A stretch of DNA of 63,693 nucleotides, counting the filler, from Lenisia limosa (Eukaryota; Protista; Breviatea): the NCBI GenBank assembly GCA_001655205.1. It is 9 parts of 9 records of this genome, joined end to end, with 100 filler letters (N's around TTAATTAATTAA, not from the genome) between each part and the next. Parts side by side here need not be neighbours in the genome. Positions count along the whole stretch, not along the records: positions 1 to 7,597 come from LPNZ01010074.1; positions 7,698 to 16,997 come from LPNZ01008899.1; 7 more parts are not named here. One strand, 5' to 3'. Below are positions 1 through 13,500 of the stretch, one piece after another (within the stretch, counting starts at the first letter, position 1; each line of letters starts with the position of its first letter). The translations under genes and the position numbers were made by a program. Under the pieces are notes generated by a model, which had not been told where the DNA came from, made no database searches, and saw nothing but the letters and a program-made list of their open reading frames with translations.

Positions 1-76
1 TTCCTCCTCTTGTCTCCCCTCCTTCACCTTTCGGAGGAGTGAGCAAAGAGAAGGAGTCACGCTGCACCCTTTAAAG

Positions 77-162
77 TAGACATTCACTTCAGGTTCCTAA
101 AATCGATATCCGCGATAAATGTGGATATTTTCTCGGTTTTTGGAAACGAGAGTGACGCTCTA
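77..162. mobile_element. hAT-type MITE, TAGA-terminal variant
   Basis: Imperfect TIRs TAGACATTCAC / GTGACGCTCTA; flanking 8-mers CTTTAAAG / CTTGAAAG (7/8); ATCGATAT core as in other copies. Confidence 0.6.
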
Positions 163-261
163 CTTGAAAGAAATTTTAACAATACATTCACTTGAGAACC
201 TTTCAGAAGTTCAAAAGTCATGACTTTCAAAAATCATCACAAGATTTGGTCCGTCTCCATC

Positions 262-360
262 ATGGGCTTCACTTCGGTTCGAAAAAAGACTGAATTTCTC
301 GATAAATTAGAAAACTATCGATATTTTACCTGTCTTTTTTCGAACTGAAGTGAAGCCCCA
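262..360. mobile_element. hAT MITE, subfamily A
   Basis: GGGCTTCACTTCGGTTCGAAAAAAGAC ... GTCTTTTTTCGAACTGAAGTGAAGCCC inverted ends; no clear TSD in this copy. Confidence 0.85.
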
Positions 361-436
361 CTTGATATTGTTGAAAAAGGACCTGATATTATTTCCATGT
401 TCACCCTCGCTTTGATATTGTAGAAAAAGGACCCTC

Positions 437-904
437 CAGTGCCTGAAGAAGACATCTCCCCTGTTTTTGCCATGAAAACCCCGGTCAAACGCTCGTCCCC
501 TAACCTTGCTACAAATCCTCTGACCCCTCCCCCTGGTATGGCGCGTTTTCAGGATATTCTCAGAATAGGAATATTATGCTACACAGCAGGCCCTGACACT
601 AATATTGAGCTTCATCTTCTTTAGTGAACGTGTCATGACTTACTGTGGTTATTTTGCATCTTTACAGTAGTGAACGTTATGTCATCCACACACTGTATTT
701 ACCTTCAATATTCAATAATAATCATTGTATACAAATATGTGATATCATGTAGAAGATGTATGTTTATTGTGAATATGTTTGATACATATCATATTGAGTG
801 CCACTAATTTCCCAGGCTTTACCCCAGCCAAATGCGAACGTCCGCCAGGCTTTGGCGGCAAAAATGATGAAGAAGAGAACGAAGAGGATCTCTTCTGGGG
901 CTGA
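437..904 (+). CDS. 3' exons of a hypothetical protein ending ...RPPGFGGKNDEEENEEDLFWG*
   Basis: Exon ~437-533 (PEEDISPVFAMKTPVKRSSPNLATNPLTPPP|gtatgg); last exon 816-904 follows a CACTAAT branch site and cccag. Confidence 0.35.
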
Positions 905-1310
905 TACTAACAAATGTTGTCTGATTTTATGCATTCCCGTGTTTTGAACCAAAGGATCATCTCAGGCAACCATACTCGCTTGCAATTGGTCCTAACTAAC
1001 TGGGACCCAGCGATCTTTCACTCAAACAAAAAAGAACAATTGAGAAACGAAATGTTTTGTAGGCGTCAGCTTCAATACATACTATTATCTTGTGAGCGTG
1101 AAGGTGTGGACAGCTTCAATCCTTTGAAACACAAATATCACGCCAGCCTACTGGTGACTGGTGATTACCAAGAATGCAGGGGGAGGGGGGGGGTGGAGGG
1201 AGATTCTAATAAACCCCAAAACCAAAGAGAAATACATCCACAATAACATCATCTTCCCCATCTTCGATTTGGAGGAACAAAGTCAGAACAAACCATAAAA
1301 CAAGAAACAA

Positions 1311-4300
1311 CTCAGACTGCAGCATTCTTCTTAGCAATTTTGCCCTTGGCAATGAGGTCGGCCCACTCGGTTTCATACTGAGTTTTCTTCGCCTTCAGCT
1401 TCATTTTGGCAGCCTTGCTCATTCCCTCTGGATCCTGTAAGAAAGCCATTTCCTTTTGGCAAATAGCAACCCTCAATCAATAAGAACTACGGCTTCACTT
1501 CAGTTCGAAAAAAAAGACTAAATTTCTCGATAAATCCTCGAAAACAATCGATATTTTAACGGTCTTTTTCGAATCGAAGTGAAGCCCTAATAAGAATGCT
1601 TTGAAAATATGAATAATACTATCCTATATGATATCCCAACAAACTCACCAGTTTCTGTATTAGTATAATATCATTATATATAATATATACTGTATATTTG
1701 TATATATATGCCCCCAAGGCTGAAGTCACCAGGTAGTATTCAACACCTCTCACCAGGCTTATGGTAGTATTCAACACCTCTCACCATGGTAGTATTCAAC
1801 ACCTCTCACCAGGCTTATGGTAGTATTCAACACGGTTCATTTCAGAACGACAAAGAGGGCACTAGAAGGTCACTTATTGACAAATACCAAATAAAAAACT
1901 GGGTCATTTGGATACAAAGCATTTGTGCGATTAAATTATTGCGTTTTTGTAACATTTACTTTTTTTGAAATATTCCAAAACTATAGGTTCCAACAAACAC
2001 CGGCCACCAACATCGATTTTAAAGGTCTCGGCAAACACTCCCACTCACATCAATTTTAAAGGTCTCGGCAAATATCCTGTCAATGCAAGTCTTACAGAAG
2101 CAATGTCCTGTGAGGTTAGGAAGGCTTCAAAACAAGGTTCCGAAGGCCTCAAAACAAGGTTCCGCGATTATATGAAGAAACCCACCGAAAAAAAATTTGA
2201 AACCAACGCGTTTGAAAGCTGTTCCCCCCCACACCAAATTTTCAATTAAGGCCCCAACCACCGCACGGAGCCCACCCCAATAAAATAAAGCCAATGTTTG
2301 TTTCCTGATCAATCCGTTTGAGATAATCCCGCCCCACGCATCATGCGACCGGCCAGATTCCCAATTCGGTAAGAAAAAAAAAAGATTGAATTTCTGAATA
2401 AATCCTTGAAAAAGATTTACCTCCCCCCTTCCCGCCCTCCTGGCTGTCATTTCATCCCCCTCCTAAACCACCATAATTCCACCCCACCCCCCACACCACA
2501 AGGGTCAAGCTTGACCACAGGTATTTCGTCCATACAAACGGGACAGTCGTCATCCTTCGCCTTCAGACGGTCTTCGACAACTCTGATAGGGTCAGAGAAA
2601 TTAAACAAGGTTGATAGGTGCGACGATATCCATATATAGAGATGATACACAAAACAAGGTTCAAATAACTCTNNNNNNNNNNNNNNNNNNNNNNNNNNNN
2701 NNNNNNNNNNNNNNNNNNNNNNNNNNNNNNNNNNNNNNNNNNNNNNNNNNNNNNNNNNNNNNNNNNNNNNNNNNNNNNNNNNNNNNNNNNNNCCGGGCTT
2801 TTTCAGACCGGAGGGAAGCTCTAGAGATGAGAAGTGGTTTAAACAATCCTCAACAACTCTGATGTGATAAGAGGAAAAACAACTCATCAACATACTCCCC
2901 CAGCAGAACCAGGTTGTATCCGGCAGAAGCCGTCCACTCCATCATTAGAAGAGATATTGGATTACAGTATAATATTAATTCACCAAATCATTTGCCTTAA
3001 AACACTGAGTACACAGCTTTTGCATGCCTCCCCCTAATAGGTATATAAACGGTTGTGACCCTGTCCTCCGCATTGATATTCATATAACATTGACCGCTAA
3101 GTCTTGAGAATTGACTCAAAACAAGTTTTTCACCGAAGCCATCCACAGCATCACTTTTATAAGACCGCGCGGTAAGTCCTGGAGAATTGACGAAAGATAA
3201 AGCTCAATATCCGTGTCAGCGCTTATCGCGGTCACTCTAGATCCCTGTATCCCAAGATCACATCAACCACACACCCTATCAATTCTTCCTCACAATGATA
3301 CACGGGCAAACAACAAAGGATTTAAGCCAAAAACAAGCAAAAAAAAAGACCAAACCACAGGATTTTGAGGGGGGTCAAAATCCTCAGTTTTAATGTCACT
3401 AAGACACTTTACTCTTCTCGTCTCTGCCAGGTCTAAACTTCCTATAGATACCAAACACCGTCTACAAACATCAAAAGGTGTCTTTGCGGCATTTTATTTT
3501 GAACCTTGTTGATACAAAGGCAAACAAGATGGTATTTAAGTCAAAAACAACCAAAAATTGACCAAACCAGGGGTCAAAATCCTCAGTTTTAGGGTCGCTA
3601 AGCCAATTTGCTCACCTTTGTGAGGTCCAAACTTCCTAAAAACAACCCCAAACATCGCCTACGAAAATTTAAAAGTATTTTAGCGACATTTAATTTTGAG
3701 CACTGTTGATTCAAAGGCAAACAACGGGGGATTGAACGTCAAAAACAAAAAAACACTCGATTTTGACTACGGGTCAAAATCCTCGGTTTTAGGGTCCTAA
3801 GACCTTTTACTCGTCTCTGCCAGGTCGAAGTCTAGAAAACACTACCAAACAACGTCTACACACCATCACTTTTATAAGACTCCTTAATCCTCCTAACCCG
3901 ATTATTCGGTTCGTGATTAGTACCTTTACGCCAATATTCTTCACCAAATTTCCTTCGTTTTACTCCCCCCCCCCCCCCCNNNNNNNNNNNNNNNNNNNNN
4001 NNNNNNNNNNNNNNNNNNNNNNNNNNNNNNNNNNNNNNNNNNNNNNNNACTGCAGCATAAACATACCGCTGTATCGCCACTTTGCAGTCTTCCTGGGGGA
4101 AACCGTACGAGAGCAGAATCTCTAGTGCTCTTTCCTTGCGCTCTTCACTTATCACAGCTTGTGATGACATAATGATAATGAGTGATCTATGAGTTCAAGA
4201 AGAGAGGGGAGGGGGGGGGGGGGNNNNNNNNNNTGGCAACGTCTGGGCGAAACGAAGAGCAGGTAAAAAAGGCAAAGGCCATGCAAAGGCAGAACAAAAA

Positions 4301-5300
4301 GAGTACCCGATCAGAGATCAATATCTCTCCTCTCCTCTCTTCCTGTCCCTGCAGCCTCGCCGCCTCTTTTTTGTCCCTTCCTTTATTAATTAAGTTTTAA
4401 TATCAAGAGAGAGAGAACACTTCACGCTAATGCACACCGACCTCAAACCAATAGTGTGAGTTCCCATTCCATCATCCATCATTATATCATGCATCAAGTA
4501 ACAAACCGATAATGATGATATAACGAGTCTATATTATTGATTAACGAAGGGGGAAATGACCAAATACGACGTCCTTCCCCAAGAAGAAGGATCTTCCATC
4601 ATCCCCTTTCCGCGCCAAAATGTCTCCAAGTGCAGTCATGAAAACCTGAAGCCCAAATCCCTCGTCACCAACATTTTTAAGTTATTACGGCTGATCTACT
4701 CAAATGCTGACGTTTGCGGGGCAGTTGGCCAAGGGGTAAATTGATTTATTAATCTGAGTTGGCTTCAAACTTTAACTGAATTTTTGTTTGTAGCTGAGTT
4801 GAATTGAGTCATATACCGGGTATATGTAATACATATGATGTGAAGAAATAGTACCTGGCCAAAGCCGTCCACATTCATAATAACTTAAATTTTATTTTAA
4901 AAAAACTCACATTTCATCATTCACAACTTATATTCTAACAAAAGCTACTCTTTCGGATTCTTCATACAGCATTTTTTGTACTATAAACTCTATTGCACTC
5001 AGGATCCATTACCTCCAATCGAATGTATATCACAAACAAAGCCATTTTTCAAAGTACAGAGATGTTTATCGAGGATATATCGAGAATTCAGTTAGTTTTG
5101 CAACCGAAAGTGAAGTCCTAATTACGATGACCCTTACTTCCCTAGGTATTCCAAACCCTCTTCATTGTCTTCTGCTCCGCAGTTCAGGAAGTGGCCGGTT
5201 TCTTCCTGGGGTTGTGTGTTAGCGGATTCTTCGTGTCCCTGACCAGTGTCGACCAATCCGCTTTTGTTGTCACCCTTCAGAAGGTGGGGGTTTGGGGCAC
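1311..5300 (-). CDS. UBA-like + C3HC4 RING finger protein (putative E3 ligase), multi-exon
   Basis: Spliced RING: CPVCMDEIPVVKLDPCG (2497-2582) + HCFCKTCIDRIFAETFKID (~2043-2105) + CPLCRSEM (~1805-1863). UBA-like ALEILLSYGFPQEDCKVAIQRY at ~4060-4130. Both gene ends uncertain. Confidence 0.7.
1488..1589. mobile_element. hAT MITE, subfamily A (intronic)
   Basis: TACGGCTTCACTTCAG...CGAAGTGAAGCCCTA; TSD ATAAGAAC / ATAAGAAT. Confidence 0.9.
1730..1832. repeat. Tandem repeat (~24-31 nt unit, 4 copies) spanning an exon/donor junction
   Basis: GGTAGTATTCAACAC(CTCTCACCAGGCTTAT) repeated. Confidence 0.9.
2900..2980 (+). repeat. Dispersed non-palindromic repeat (family D)
   Basis: GGTTGTATCCGGCAGAAGCCGTCCACTCCATCATTAGAAGAGATATTGG; related copies at ~3125, ~12170, ~17205 and, reversed, ~46235 and ~57225. 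Confidence 0.7.
3320..3860. repeat. Degenerate intronic tandem repeat, ~200-bp unit, ~2.7 copies
   Basis: GGGGTCAAAATCCTC(A/G)GTTTTA recurs at ~3372, ~3571 and ~3771 with conserved downstream blocks. Confidence 0.8.
5060..5120. mobile_element. hAT MITE subfamily A, one-end fragment
   Basis: ...CAACCGAAAGTGAAGTCCTA terminus plus core. Confidence 0.6.
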
Positions 5301-6299
5301 ATTTATGAGGACAACGGTTTTTTTTTTGGTGTATCGGTATTTGGTCACTTGTTTTGAACCGATGTGGTTATACTTAACTGAAGTGACTTGAAAAGTAACA
5401 TGGCTTTTGGAACCAAAAGTGAAATTGTTTACTATTCAGTGTAGCGCATGCGTGGTAGTTTTGATCATAACACGAGCGGTGGCAGCTTTTCAAACAGGCT
5501 ATCTCGGTATTCGACTCAGAAGATCACTCGGTAGGATGTGCCTTCATTTAGGTGGTTTTTTAAAAAATATCAATAATTCAGAATTTGTTGACATTTTTTG
5601 AGTTTATTAATAGTATCAAGTTTGTCGAAATTGACGAGGTTTTATCGAGACTAATAGAGAATTTCCCGAGAAGGAGTCATTACCTGAAGCGAAAACTGGG
5701 CTCTAGCAGTATTGATTGATGGGATCCCCCCTGTCTTACCAGCAGGGCGACTGTTATTGTATCCCCCTGTCTTACCAGCAGGGCGACTGTTATTTGGAGG
5801 CGCCTCGGATGGACGCTTTTTACTTGATGCTGAGCAGATGGGAATTGATAACCCGTAAGTAGGTGTTGAGTAATTTAGTTCACAACATTTGAAATTACAC
5901 TATCTGATAATTCTCAAGATAATATTCCCGACTTTTGGTACCGAAAGTGTTGTCACAATTATTTAATTGACAAAAACAGTAGAAATACGTTCAGTGCCGA
6001 ATTAATAACAAACCAGCATTAATTGATTTTTATTTTATCTGATATATCATATAGGTAAATGTACTATACTGTATCGATATATATAATATATCATATCATA
6101 TATATAATATCATAATATAATTACTATTAATATTTCTTATGGAAGCAAAACCAGGACTAATCAATAGAGCTCCTAAAATGGACGGAACCCTCAATAAAAT
6201 TGATATTTCTATGACTATTGGAACCGAAACCAGCACTGATTAATAGAAACTGCCGTTGATCAAACGAAATTAAATTAATCATTTCGAAACTAATCAATA

Positions 6300-7470
6300 G
6301 GGACCAACGAGTGACACAGGAAGCTGCTGCATTTGTGGACATTTTTAAGCTAGCTGTTCCAATAGCCCCGGCCAAGCCCTTTGTTGTGGCTTGGTATTTC
6401 TATAGGTATGTTGGGGCGAGCAAAAAGTTGTAAGGTAAATGATTGGTCAACATCTCTTCTTAGCATGATGGTTTTGACAGATTCAGCCAGAAATTACCTT
6501 TTTTATTTATCTTCTCTTCATGTGCGGTAATCATGTTATTGCGACCCCGTGCAATCAATTGAAAAAAATAATGGGAGTGAGACGTATTGAAAAAGAGATC
6601 CATTTCAGAATTTCCAAGACGTCTCGATGGCTCTCCTCAACTATCAATTACACGTAGTCATAGTCATTATATTATGTACATATCAATGAGCAATATATAT
6701 CATACTATTACCTTTTAAACTGAGAACATGCCCAACCAAGTTGTTATGGTCAAATGGATATTTTAGTTGAAAATTATAATTTACCAATTTTATTTTATTT
6801 TATTTGAGCCCGATACTATGAGGTTCCATACTCTCAAAAGCTTCTCATTTTATAAAAATAAAGAAGAAATTAACTTACGTCATTTATACCCCAGGACTAC
6901 TGGCCTACTTGGTTGGGACGCCGCCGTATACTGCCTCTTTTTTATGTCATTTTCGGTGAGAGAGGTGATGTTTGCACTCAATTTCAAAACTTTACTTTCA
7001 AATGATGTCAATTAATTTCTTCAAAAGATATTAATTGCACTAACCCAGCTATTATCTATTATTTATGTCATTTACGTTGTGATGGGAATTGTGTTTACTG
7101 TCGCTTGTGTTGTCTTAACTATGTTTCTTATCATTTTCTGTGAGTTATGAATGACTTGACATAGTACATATCAATGAGCAATATATATCATACTATTACC
7201 TTTTAAACTGAGAACATGCCCAANNNNNNNNNNNNNNNNNNNNNNNNNNNNNNNNNNNNNNNNNNNNNNNNNNNNNNNNNNNNNNNNNNNNNNNNNNNNN
7301 NNNNNNNNNNNNNNNNNNNNNNNNNNNNNNNNNNNNNNNNNNNNNNNNNNNNNNNNNNNNNNNNNNNNNNNNNNNNNNNNNNNNNNNNNNNNNACGTTGA
7401 AGTTGACAAAGCCGAGGGCAATTTAAGGACTGCATGTGCTGCAATTAAGCAATCGGTTGAGAGGTATTAG
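6300..7470 (+). CDS. Hypothetical membrane protein, multi-exon
   Basis: Exons DQRVTQEAAAFVDIFKLAVPIAPAKPFVVAW..., hydrophobic LLSIIYVIYVVMGIVFTVACVVLTMFLIIF|gtgag (~7048-7140), last exon VEVDKAEGNLRTACAAIKQSVERY*. Confidence 0.4.
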
Positions 7471-7539
7471 GGTATGATAATATTGGTATACTCGGGGTTT
7501 TGTCCTGTTTCATCAAACATTCGACTTTTACAAATATAT

Positions 7540-10500
7540 ATTATATATGCTGCTGCACGGAAACCGTGTCATTTATGAGAAACCGTGTCATTTATGANNN
7601 NNNNNNNNNNNNNNNNNNNNNNNNNNNNNNNNNNNNNNNNNTTAATTAATTAANNNNNNNNNNNNNNNNNNNNNNNNNNNNNNNNNNNNNNNNNNNNCCC
7701 CCCCCCCCCCGAACAGGTTCATCAGAGATGGCGGGGAATGTCTTCAGTACCGGGGCTACATTGTGAACAGGACACAAAGGGGCTGCATTGGGTCACCAGG
7801 AGCTCACTGCTTTTGATTGGTTTTTCGTCCATCTGATCCATTTGCGGCTCCATGGGGGGTACGGGATACAGGTGTTCAGACACGTCACTATCAGAGGCGT
7901 CGCCTGAGTAGGGCTTCAGTTCCCTGAAGTGTAAATATCGGGGAGGGGTTACACCAGGTCAACATACAGGGACTGTTTTGGCTCGGTACTGAATGTCAAG
8001 GCGCCCCCGCGACCTAAACGGTGAAATCACTAGGTAGGAATAGGAAAGAATAAAGGCTAACACGCCAGAAGGGTATCAATGTTTGTTAATACTTCCATTT
8101 TCTCAACCCCACGCACCAAAGAGGCCTGACTGGGGGTCCTCGGTCTTTTCACCAGGCATGTTGATGTGAGAGGAGTCCGCAAGCTGATTCATGTGAGTAA
8201 AAAGGTTCACGAATAATTGTACCAGGTCTAAGCTATCCAGACAAGTCAAAATAGAGTTTAGCGTGGGAATAATATCATTTCATATAATATGGTATCAGAG
8301 GCCCTTTTCAGAAATTTAAAGATGACAAGCTCACGCGAATGACAGAGGCAGCAACGGCAGGTGAGATGTGGTGGAACGAGTTCATTACCACGATCCAGTC
8401 GCGGATCACCTGTGACAATGACTCTTGGAGCACAACACAAATAAAACAGCCCTCCTTTATCGCCACATACCTCGCGAGTTCCGCGTCGAATTTGAAGAGT
8501 GACCAAAAAGATGACAAGGAGGGACACAGAGCCCAAACCAACACCCAAATAAAGATCTGGGGTGTGTTAGTCAACACAACTATATCCCTGAAGTTAAGCG
8601 CCCCTCACTCGAATCGGAAATGATGGTTTCGCTAAGTCGGTTGATTTCCTTGAGGTGGATTGAGAGGGTTGAGAAGAGGCCTGAGAAGCAGTTTTCAAGG
8701 ATGAAAGAGACAGCGGCTGTCACTTCTGCGTTAACTGTGGGGCAGTTTGCGGCAACACACGTGGCCTAGGCAAAGTGAAAAGACATCTATTGAAGATCAA
8801 CTTTATACTGCATTTACAAAGCTATTCCCTTTGAACGTTATGGAAGATGACCATGTCAACATACATCCTATATGCCTCACCTCTTCCGAAGATAAGCTGA
8901 GAATCATTTGAGTCATTGACAACAGAAGAGTACCCTGATAGTGAGTAAAAGATGCTTGAATAGGGTTAAAATAAACTAGCATATGTATTATTATCATACT
9001 ACCTGAAAATTAAATTTCAGAATAACAACAGCCCGAAGGCAATGTCATCATACCGCTTCAGATAGAGAGATTGAGCTTTCGACAAAGCCCTGGACCACGA
9101 CTGAAGACTCGTAGTTGAGATGTTCAAACTCAGCTGGATGGGTTAGGTCAAGTTCGGCGCCTGAAAACAGATGCTTGTTTCATTGGTGCAGTTCTTTCTG
9201 ATGTGTACTCTTTAACAACAAATGACTTGACAATATCATCCAATGACACTTGAACTCCTTTGTGCCCACCCGTGTTCTCCACTTCGATACCGTTGAGGCC
9301 CAGAAGCAGCTCCTCGTTTGTGACCTTGAAGACTTCCAAAGCTAAAGCCGTCAGCCCATCCCGCACGTGGCTCACGTACCGTTGGCGAGGTCGGTGTGGA
9401 TCTCCTCGAAAGATGCGACGGGGTCAGTAGCGTGGTTGATGAGACGGTAGGTGTTGTGTCCAATGGAGACCACCATGGATCGTCTCAGACCAGCTGCGGG
9501 GGATGAACTCAGAGCAAAATGTTGAAGAGGACAGTCTCACCAAGGTCTACCCCTCCCCAGTAGTATAGGCTAGTCCCCCACTGGGGGAGGGGGGGTACAT
9601 TTCAGACAATTTGTATTGACAAACCGTGATTTGCTTCCTTCAAATGACTCTTTTGGTTGGACATGGTAGAGTCAAGCACAACAGCAGCCATAATAGTGAT
9701 GATGATGCAAACAAAGAACGCCAACCACACGTGGATCTACCAAGGTAAATAATCACTCATAGACTTGGCAAACCTTGAGAGTTTTAGCCGGGTTCTTGGG
9801 TCTGTTGACTGCCCATCGGTCATTGTGATCCTGGGATAGGTTGGATGACCCACTCCCATCGTCTTCTGCAAGTATTACATAAACACAGTTTTGGCAAAAC
9901 TTATTGGAAAGCACAACACCCCGATGCTATCCCACCAATAGCCTTCATTTCATCGTTGTTGTGTGAGTAGACAAGGTTGTTCTTCACCTCAGCAACAAAC
10001 TTGATGTATGCTCTGCGACATTAATACTCGCCAAGAAACAAAGACAATATCAGCAATCACACATATCCGCTGTTGAAAACGCCGCCATACGTGAGGACAG
10101 TCTTGCTGGTCGGGCAGTTGGCTCGGAGTTTGCCGAAGGCCTCGTCAGCGGCTGCCTCTGACGCCTCTAACTACACGGGTTAGTCTACTGAGTATGTTCA
10201 AGGATTCAGACCCCCCCCCCCCNNNNNNNNNNNNNNNNNNNNNNNNNNNNNNNNNNNNNNNNNNNNNNNNNNNNNNNNNNNNNNNNNNNNNNNNNNNNNN
10301 NNNNNNNNNNNNNNNNNGAGATCGACGTTCGGCCGGGCTACCCGGGTCCAGAACTCGCGCACGTGCCCCAAACATGTCACGTGATAGCGCTTGGCGTCCC
10401 GGAGGAGCTGCAAGGTCAGTAAAGGGGACAACAAACACAACGCGATCAGTCCTAAGATAATCAGCGCCAACTTTTCTGTATTCGGGGAGGTTGGCGAGGT

Positions 10501-13500
10501 CAGCCAGACCGCCGCGGGCGCTGCGGAGCCGCTGGTTCACCATTTGAGACGCGCGGCGGAAGAGCATGTATCGCGTGAGTGGCGTAATTTCGGGCTGTTG
10601 CTCGGCCTGGAAGTGTTAGACCCTGTTAATTTCATATCAGGCTCCTTGTTTGGTCACCGGATGGCCTACTCTGACAGCGTATTGTCGGCCTCCAGTGTTT
10701 TCATCAAAGTAATAGGCTGACACGAAGGCGGCTAAGGCAAGGAAAAATACAGACACATCTGTGTAATGAGGTAACGTGCATAAAAAGAAAAAGCAAGAGA
10801 AAAAACCAGTTTGTACCCCCGGCAACCCGCGTCATCAGGCATTTCGGTCAGGTCAAGGTGGCTCATCAGAGACTGCACAACTGTCGAGTACTCCGGATCC
10901 CTACGGAATAAAATAATCCAAAGGAGAGTATGTGTTTGAAACTTGTGATTAAGCATATTTTTTTGGTTTCAAATGACAAGTTTGTGAAAACAAATGCTAA
11001 CCCTTTCAACCAATATCCTTTAAACCCACAGTTTTGAGCAACTTGTGAGGTGACGAGCTGTTATTTCGAACTCATGTTTGCGGGACATTTTCGGTAAAAC
11101 TAAAGTATGACAACGATGTTTGACGAGTCCCCATGTTAACACCCAGCCCACTACAGGTGGCCGGGTCGTTGCTGTGATCAAGGATGAAGCGAAGGCTTCG
11201 GAAGCGGAGGTCTGTAGAGTAAAACTGATATGCAATATGATTTAATTTTATCAGAAGTCACATATTCAAAGCTCAACTATCAAACTCACAAATAGAGGCC
11301 CATGATGTTGCTAAAAAGACGGGTACCGTCGAGAAAATTAAAGCAGTGAAAATCACCTTATGGTCTAAATCGAATTGCTACAAGAAGTGAGGGGATTAAA
11401 TCAGGTGTTATTATAAGATTCCGTGGTATGACATGTCAATATATAATACGCTGAAACATGATCTCTAAATCTCTACAAAGTGTATTCAAGCTCTCACCTG
11501 AAAGAACCCAAGAACAAGGGCGCTCCAGGCTAGTTGCTTCAAGGTAGCAAACGCCTTGATTTTGTAAGAAAAGAAGAAGCCTGATTTTTTTCTTTCTTTT
11601 CAATTTATACTCCACGCGCCTACGAGAATATTGACAACGTTGTTGAAGTAAGGCAAGTAGATGTAGACACATCTGGCAAGCCAAACAGTACCAACAAAAA
11701 CGAAGGCGTATACCCAAGAGCCTAGATGTTAGTGATTAAGCTGATGAAGGAATATTAGATGTGTTGTTTGCTGCGCTTCAAAAAGAACTGTTAAACAGCA
11801 AATTAAGAAAATTAGTCATCCCACTTGTATTTTCAATGACAGTACTGAGAACAAAGTAGCATGACAGGAAGACGTGAAGCGAAACCTGTAGCAAGTAAGT
11901 CAATGGTAACAGAACAGAAATCGCCAAAACGCCCCCCCCCCCCAGTTAATATAAAAACATCCTCATAGACAATGCTCAATACCCACTTGGAAAAAGGGAT
12001 GAGGTGACGAGAAGATGCGACTGCCTCTCTGAAGGGGTCAACAGATACAGAGAATATTGCATGTGAGCTTTGCCTACCGGATCATCATAGTACGACACAA
12101 GTTGATACAGAGTGGCTGTCGGCAAGAAGACCAGGGCAATTAGTACTGTCTGGAGATGTCAATGTAGAAATGAGAAGTATCCGGTTGGAGCCGTCCACAC
12201 CATCACGCTAAGAAGAGATATTGGTTTGTAGAGCATAATAGTATTATTTCACCAAAAGAGATTAGATAAAAGATTGGAGAGAGTGCCCCCCCCCCATACC
12301 ACGATAAGAATGGCGTATCTGTCAGTCGAAAAGCAAGGATCGCCATCAAATCGCTGTGAAGGGGTCTCTTGTCGATAGTTGCAATAGAACTGCGCTGACA
12401 ACAAGCGTGCTAAATTGTTACAGGCTGCGGCCGACATTTGCGGACCGATACACAATCCTTCCATTCATACCGAATGGGATAAACAAGACATTCGAAAAGA
12501 TGCCCAGCAAAGAGAAAACGGCTCGGAGTCGGAAGCGGTTCAATTCTTGCCGCTGGATTAGCTGAATCGTAAAAAAAAGCAATGACACTGTGAATAGGTT
12601 AAATTTCATATGGTATGTATCAAAAAATAAGGGGATAGGGGATGCTTGCGGATTGACAGAATCATTGCAAAGAAGAGGTCAGGGNNNNNNNNNNNNNNNN
12701 NNNNNNNNNNNNNNNNNNNNNNNNNNNNNNNNNNNNNNNNNNNNNNNNNNNNNNNNNNNNNNNNNNNNNNNNNNNNNNNNNNNNNNNNNNCTGAACAGTG
12801 AAGAAATTGCCAACGGAGAGACGTCAACACCCAGCACTAACCGAGGCAAACGTCCAGATGTCAATGACGTTCTCTGAATACTGGTATCTGGGGTCCCAGA
12901 TGGGAAATTGGAGTTGGTAGCCGATTTTAACCTGTTGGGGGGTGGGGGGGGGGGGGGNNNNNNNNNNNNNNNNNNNNNNNNNNNNNNNNNNNNNNNNNNN
13001 NNNNNNNNNNNNNNNNNNNNNNNNNNNNNNNNNNNNNNNNNNNNNNNNNNNNNNNNNNNNNNNNNNNNNNNNNNNNNNNNNNNNNNNNNNNNNNNNNNNN
13101 NNNNNNNNNNNNNNNNNNNNNNNNNNNNNNNNNNNNNNTGATGAATCCTTGAGCTAACAAGGCACCTGGTTGAAAATGAAGAAAATCGGTGAAGGTAGTT
13201 CTCAAGCAAAAAACAACAACAGCAAAAAAAAGAAGCAAGATTGTCTTCATTTATGCATTCTGAAAGTCCCCCTCGCATCAACAATTTCCTCACACATTAA
13301 ACGGGTGAATTTGTCCATACATAACTAGAAAAAATCAGATGCCATAAACACCAAGACAAACACACAGCTCAAGCCAGCTTTTGAAGAACNNNNNNNNNNN
13401 NNNNNNNNNNNNNNNNNNNNNNNNNNNNNNNNNNNNNNNNNNNNNNNNNNNNNNNNNNNNNNNNNNNNNNNNNNNNNNNNNNNNNNNNNNNNNNNNNNNN

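Noticed and set aside
1311-1434. Lys-rich exon as a ribosomal protein C-terminus
   Set aside because: No ribosomal family matched; it is the likely last exon of the RING gene.
6660-7223. ~70-bp duplicate (6660-6735 and ~7160-7223)
   Set aside because: The second copy abuts a gap; probably a misassembly.
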